Notes under the pieces: model-generated | Databases searched by the model: none | Seen by the model: the letters and a program-made list of their open reading frames with translations, nothing else | What the model was told of the DNA's origin: nothing | Translations under genes and position numbers: made by a program | Shown: positions 63,433 to 64,000 of the stretch, in pieces | How positions within the stretch are numbered: position 1 is the stretch's first letter | Layout of the letters: each line of letters starts with the position of its first letter | IMG/VR virus record: IMGVR_UViG_3300009779_000001 | Span: 5,527 to 69,526 of that record | From: a virus | Lineage: Duplodnaviria > Caudoviricetes | Length of the DNA stretch: 64,000 bases | Direction: 5' to 3' (one strand)

Positions 63433-64000
63433 ATGGCTCGTTATTTGATGACCGCGAAACGCAAAGCGGCTCTTCGGAAGGCTCAGCTAGCCTCTGCCCG
63501 TAAGCGGCGTAAAAATTATCGTAAAGCCAACAAAGAATCGAGAAGCACTGTTAGTAAGGCTTACGTTAAGGGTAAGTACGGTGGCCGGCTGGCAGCGGGG
63601 ATCGGCGTTGCTCAATATCGTGCGAAAAGGGATTACGCATGGAAGAAGCATAACAATGCCGTTAAGTACAAAGGTAAGAAACAATTAACAAGAAAACAGG
63701 CCAATCGCAGGTTTGCGGCAAAACAGGTCGGAACGTTTGCGGCATACTATGGAGCTTCGGCGGCTACGGCAGTTTTGTATGCGGGGGAGAATCCGCGCAA
63801 AGTTGCAGCAGCGGGAAGAACAGCGCGTCAGTTGCCGGGTGCTGTGGGTGCGTTCGGTAAAGGCTTTGCTCGTGGGTATGGGCAGAGTCGCGCTCGTCGG
63901 GCAGCCGCTAAACGGAATATGGCGCGTGCCAACTTCGGTTACGCCTCGTCGGTGAGGGTCGCTCAGCCAGCCCTTCCTCGTCGGGGGAGCAGCACTCGTA
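63433..64000 (+). CDS. basic protein 6 (3'-truncated, >189 aa)
   Basis: MARYLMTAKRKAALRKAQLASARKRR; frame is open to the window end; missing from the supplied track. Confidence 0.75.
   Translation, partial: MARYLMTAKRKAALRKAQLASARKRRKNYRKANKESRSTVSKAYVKGKYGGRLAAGIGVAQYRAKRDYAWKKHNNAVKYKGKKQLTRKQANRRFAAKQVGTFAAYYGASAATAVLYAGENPRKVAAAGRTARQLPGAVGAFGKGFARGYGQSRARRAAAKRNMARANFGYASSVRVAQPALPRRGSSTR

Noticed and set aside
1-64000. Long minus-strand ORFs (e.g. 19803-20780, 43035-43856, 53235-54167, 15814-16626)
   Set aside because: They are antisense shadows of well-supported + strand genes, with no SD or recognisable motifs. The genome appears unidirectional.
1-64000. Integrase, repressor or other lysogeny module
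   Set aside because: No tyrosine/serine recombinase motifs or divergent HTH repressor in the window; the part of the genome outside the window cannot be assessed.

Overview
The window is most of a lytic-looking siphovirus genome. The inferred host is actinobacterial, probably Mycobacterium, from the CDGP-like exported protein, the peptidase+GH19 lysin A and the cutinase-like hydrolase. All credible genes are on the + strand. Order: 5'-truncated fibre/decoration gene, JAB protein, head genes, neck/tail genes, tape measure, minor tail/tailspike genes, lysis cassette, a non-coding late/early boundary (~29.4-29.75 kb), many small early genes, a replication block (SNF2-like helicase, PD-(D/E)XK nuclease, AAA ATPase, SSB-like, DnaE, RuvC-like, primase-helicase, putative origin), a GC-rich island of mini-genes, terminase, portal, and a run of six very basic MAR-starting proteins. 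The architecture resembles cluster D/H/R/U-type mycobacteriophages (inference from gene order; no search run). No integrase, repressor, tRNA or CRISPR was seen. Three essential genes are broken (capsid -1, tape measure -1, portal in-frame TAA), probably by assembly error. The strongest unexplained signal is the 239-codon ORF at 29752-30471: about two thirds of it is tiled by ~20 near-perfect, sequence-diverse hairpins, almost all with 3-nt loops, and the hairpin tiling continues into the flanking non-coding DNA. Other notable items are the tandem basic-protein array with a shared N-terminal motif, a candidate +1 frameshift in the tail chaperone, a cutinase/beta-helix fusion, a stand-alone JAB protease in the head module, and a cassette-like paralog island.
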